Part shown: positions 59,761-62,281 of the stretch, piece by piece | Layout: each line of letters opens with the position of its first letter | Position numbering within the stretch: the stretch's first letter is position 1 | Virus record (IMG/VR): IMGVR_UViG_3300044627_002262 | Coordinates: 1-62,281 of that record | Reading direction: 5' to 3' (one strand) | DNA: 62,281 nucleotides | Origin: a virus | Taxonomy: Duplodnaviria; Caudoviricetes | Notes under the pieces: model-generated | Told to the model about the DNA's origin: nothing | Databases searched by the model: none | What the model saw: only the letters and a program-made list of their open reading frames with translations | Translations under genes and position numbers: made by a program

Positions 59761-59876
59761 TGACAGGTGAGCAGTTTGCGCGTTGCTGCTCTGGGTTCCC
59801 TGCTTAAAGCCCGCCAAGGCATTTAGTTTGGTTTGGTTTATGGTTAATGCGCCCCACATCTTTCGATGACCTGTCA
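59761..59876 (-). ncRNA. Candidate structured RNA, perfect four-way junction
   Basis: UGACAGGU/ACCUGUCA, CAUC-GAAA-GAUG, UGGG/CCCA and GAGCAG/CUGCUC join with no unpaired junction bases. Confidence 0.6.
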
Positions 59877-59883
59877 AAGTGTA

Positions 59884-60450
59884 TCAGAATGGAATCTCGT
59901 CGCCATCCTCGTCATGCGTCTTGACTGGTGGCAATGGTCTGCTGGCAGGTTTGGACGCGACTGCTGGCTTTGTAGGCGCAGCAACAGGCGATCCTGCGCG
60001 GCGAGGCATGGATGCGGCGAGTTCTTTAGCGATCTCTGCTGCCTTGGCTTTAGCTTCAGCTTTTTCAGCCTCGATCTCTTCTGGCGACTTGCCGCCATTG
60101 GTGCGATCCATGTAAGGGTTATTGAGCCACTTTGCTTTGAATGATGTCTTGCCGTTGTACTCCTCCTGCTCGACTACCACTTCGACTTCTTTGCCTGCGA
60201 AGTTGATGTTGTTCCAGTCCCAGTCGATACCAAAACAATTTTCCAATGCCTCGATGGTGCGTTCTTGGGTGCGATCAGTGAGGTAGCCATACCAGTCGAT
60301 GGTCTTGTTCTTCTGTGCGCCTTCAGTGGTGATGGTGACTGGAACTCGGATGAAGCGTGTACCTGTCTTGCTCTCGCCTAACCATCCGTAGATTGGTTCG
60401 GATACTTTGCCAAGGAATGATCCTTCTGCGTCGATTTGATATTTACTCAT
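59884..60450 (-). CDS. Single-stranded DNA-binding protein (DUF669-like)
   Basis: OB-like N-domain (GKEVEVVVEQEEYNGK), Pro/Ala linker, acidic tail DEDGDEIPF. Confidence 0.82.
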   Translation of the reverse strand: MSKYQIDAEGSFLGKVSEPIYGWLGESKTGTRFIRVPVTITTEGAQKNKTIDWYGYLTDRTQERTIEALENCFGIDWDWNNINFAGKEVEVVVEQEEYNGKTSFKAKWLNNPYMDRTNGGKSPEEIEAEKAEAKAKAAEIAKELAASMPRRAGSPVAAPTKPAVASKPASRPLPPVKTHDEDGDEIPF

Positions 60451-60458
60451 ATATTTAT

Positions 60459-60659
60459 TTATTCTGCTTTGTTTGCTGCCGCGATATTGTTCAGTATGTG
60501 CGATTCAAATTCTTTCATTTTTGCACCGATAGCAGTTGTGAAATCGACTGCCGTCTGGTGGTCTTTGATCGGAATTACGATGCGTGTACTTACTGGTTTA
60601 GTGTTCCGCTTGCAGGTTGTCACCCACATTTTGATTTTGGTTACTTTTGGCTCTTTCAT
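60459..60659 (-). CDS. Hypothetical protein
   Basis: 66-aa ORF overlapping the upstream stop. Confidence 0.55.
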   Translation of the reverse strand: MKEPKVTKIKMWVTTCKRNTKPVSTRIVIPIKDHQTAVDFTTAIGAKMKEFESHILNNIAAANKAE

Positions 60660-61228
60660 TTATTAATAATGGTGCTTATCGATTCGTTAATCTCGTAAAT
60701 TTGCTCCTGCAATTTCAAACGCGATGGTTTGCAATTAATGATGTATGATTCATCTTTGAAATATAATCTATTATTTGGAAATATTGTCAAGCGTCCTTCA
60801 GTTGTGACTGCCCAAATCATCGTCTTATCCTGATCTGGAGCGGCAGAGTAGCTATCGTTAAGATGCGTTGTCTGGAATAAATATTCTGCATCAACAAATC
60901 CATTACAGGTCAATATCTCGCATTTCATTCCCCGTAAATGGGGACATTCCAGTATTGCATATTGGTCAGAATAACAATTCCACATTTGCGTTTCTTCAGC
61001 CAACAATTCACTGCCATCAGGCCAAAAAGAAATCGCCCAAGGAGGCACATTTCGGTAGAGCATCCCGCCATCGCGGAAGAGGACATTCAGTCCCCATGCT
61101 CGATTCGGAATGGATACGATCTGCACCCATTGTGCCTCGGCATACCCGATAGGTTCTTCATGGGTATAATTGGTATCGACCCATATATATTTCGCAGTCG
61201 GTAGACTGCCAGTTTTTGTGTATAACAT
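60656..61228 (-). CDS. Conserved phage hypothetical protein
   Basis: 190 aa; SIPNRA..GMLYRNVP..QMWNCYS..FPNNRL. Confidence 0.75.
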   Translation of the reverse strand: MLYTKTGSLPTAKYIWVDTNYTHEEPIGYAEAQWVQIVSIPNRAWGLNVLFRDGGMLYRNVPPWAISFWPDGSELLAEETQMWNCYSDQYAILECPHLRGMKCEILTCNGFVDAEYLFQTTHLNDSYSAAPDQDKTMIWAVTTEGRLTIFPNNRLYFKDESYIINCKPSRLKLQEQIYEINESISTIINK

Positions 61229-61231
61229 AAT

Positions 61232-61312
61232 TTATTTATTGATGCGTTCCAGAATGACGCAGGTCGCGACTATAACCCAAGTAACAATAAGTGCCAGTAT
61301 TTCGTTGTTCAT
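61232..61312 (-). CDS. Tiny membrane peptide, 26 aa (not in ORF track)
   Basis: MNNEILALIVTWVIVATCVILERINK; ATGA overlap with the upstream gene. Confidence 0.45.
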   Translation of the reverse strand: MNNEILALIVTWVIVATCVILERINK

Positions 61313-61581
61313 TTCTTTTTCAATAACGAGTGATATTGACGCATGGTTTCAGTAATTGTTCGTTGCTGATCGAGGGTCAATTGTACATCGAATTCGCCCA
61401 GTGCATAGCTCGCGATATTGACCAATTTTGCTGCCATGTCCTTCCACTCTTGAAGCAGATTGTTTCTTTCTGCTTCAATAATTTTGTATCCATCGGCAAA
61501 TCCACCTCTGTAAATTTCATTGTTATTGTCGATAACAACAAATTTAGAAGGTTTTGTTGAATGATCCCACTTTCCTGTCAT
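61309..61581 (-). CDS. Hypothetical protein
   Basis: 90 aa with ATGA overlap. Confidence 0.65.
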   Translation of the reverse strand: MTGKWDHSTKPSKFVVIDNNNEIYRGGFADGYKIIEAERNNLLQEWKDMAAKLVNIASYALGEFDVQLTLDQQRTITETMRQYHSLLKKK

Positions 61582-62204
61582 TTTGTTCCCTCTTTTAGTT
61601 TATTAAAAGCAGACCATGCTTCATTGATTTCATCGTCAGTTTTCCATAAAAGCGATTGTTCTTCGTCTGGCGCACCAATTATTGCTGCCAACTTTTCAGC
61701 GCATTTGCGCCACTCGTCGCGCTCACGTTCCGATTTTGCAATTTCATTACACAAATCTGCAATGCGATTTGGAATACTTTCGGCAGTGTGCTTCGGTATA
61801 TATCCAACAGGTAAAACAGCTAAAGCAGAAGAAATGATCTGATTCGCCTCGTCTCGCTCGCGCCTTGCCGTCTCAAGGCATTGCTCTTGAACCTTGTAAA
61901 GCTCACGCCGAAACTCTAATGCCTCCCTCGCCTCGTCGCGCTGATATTGCATATCATCCAAATCAACTAGAGCTTGAGCAAGGTTCCGACGAAGATCAAT
62001 AGCAGCATTGATTTCCTCTGTTCCGTATTCCTCTATTTCTTTCAAGTGTTTCCGCGCCTCGTCGCGCCTGCGTTCCAATTCTCCGAGCATCGCAGCTGCA
62101 CGAAATAGACTATGCGATATAGGCTTGCCGCTGTAGCTCTCAGCCCACAAATTTAGATTCTCGATCAGGTCTTTAATTATTACAGACTCTAGTGTATCAC
62201 TCAT
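61578..62204 (-). CDS. Coiled-coil protein with ERDEAR-type repeats
   Basis: RRDEAR, QRDEAR, ERDEAN, ERDEWR. Confidence 0.75.
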   Translation of the reverse strand: MSDTLESVIIKDLIENLNLWAESYSGKPISHSLFRAAAMLGELERRRDEARKHLKEIEEYGTEEINAAIDLRRNLAQALVDLDDMQYQRDEAREALEFRRELYKVQEQCLETARRERDEANQIISSALAVLPVGYIPKHTAESIPNRIADLCNEIAKSERERDEWRKCAEKLAAIIGAPDEEQSLLWKTDDEINEAWSAFNKLKEGTK

Positions 62205-62281
62205 TTCGCTCCCTCCTTGAGTTGATCGAGTTCGGCACTGAGGATACCTTTTGCATACGAATGTTCGCCGTATATTTCTGG
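62094..62281. repeat. Terminal direct repeat, right copy
   Basis: Matches 1-188 with 3 substitutions (62221, 62222, 62225). Confidence 0.95.

Noticed and set aside
59761-59876. Hairpin ribozyme or tRNA
   Set aside because: Lacks the hairpin-ribozyme loop A/B consensus and has no T-loop or CCA end; kept as an unknown structured element
62094-62281. Physical T7-like terminal repeat
   Set aside because: Falls inside coding sequence, is exact for a k-mer-like 127 bp and then shows variant bases; more likely an assembly overlap

Overview
The window is an apparently complete, circularly assembled genome of a tailed dsDNA phage of about 62.1 kb. Positions 1-188 recur at 62094-62281 with 3 substitutions. 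The layout is podovirus-like: no tape measure or sheath, tail-tubular-like genes, and ejection-type proteins ending in a 3483-aa polyvalent protein. Every credible gene is on the minus strand. Read right to left, the order is: SSB, RusA-like resolvase and TerS; small genes and a GT4; TerL, portal and scaffold; two glycosyltransferases; major capsid; collagen-like fibres and a BspA-like protein; lysis cassette; tailspike and S74 fibre; tail tubular-like genes; GNAT, PP-loop enzyme, YkgJ and MGG proteins; giant protein; initiator-type tRNA-Met; early small genes behind repeated promoters; RecT-like and Cas4-like recombination genes; a beta-glucosyltransferase-like gene; an iteron-containing replication initiator; a DnaC-like loader. 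No integrase, DNA polymerase, helicase, methyltransferase, reverse transcriptase or CRISPR array was recognised. The most notable signals are: (1) a PP-loop ATPase and an Fe-S protein embedded among virion-type proteins that start MGG and end PNxxGLxFGG[K/S/T]; (2) a giant protein divided into effector modules by a repeated [FY][ML]PA motif and carrying its own HExxH zincin; (3) a perfect four-way-junction non-coding element; (4) an operator/promoter family with a conserved leader hairpin. All functional calls come from motif recognition by eye; no database search was run.
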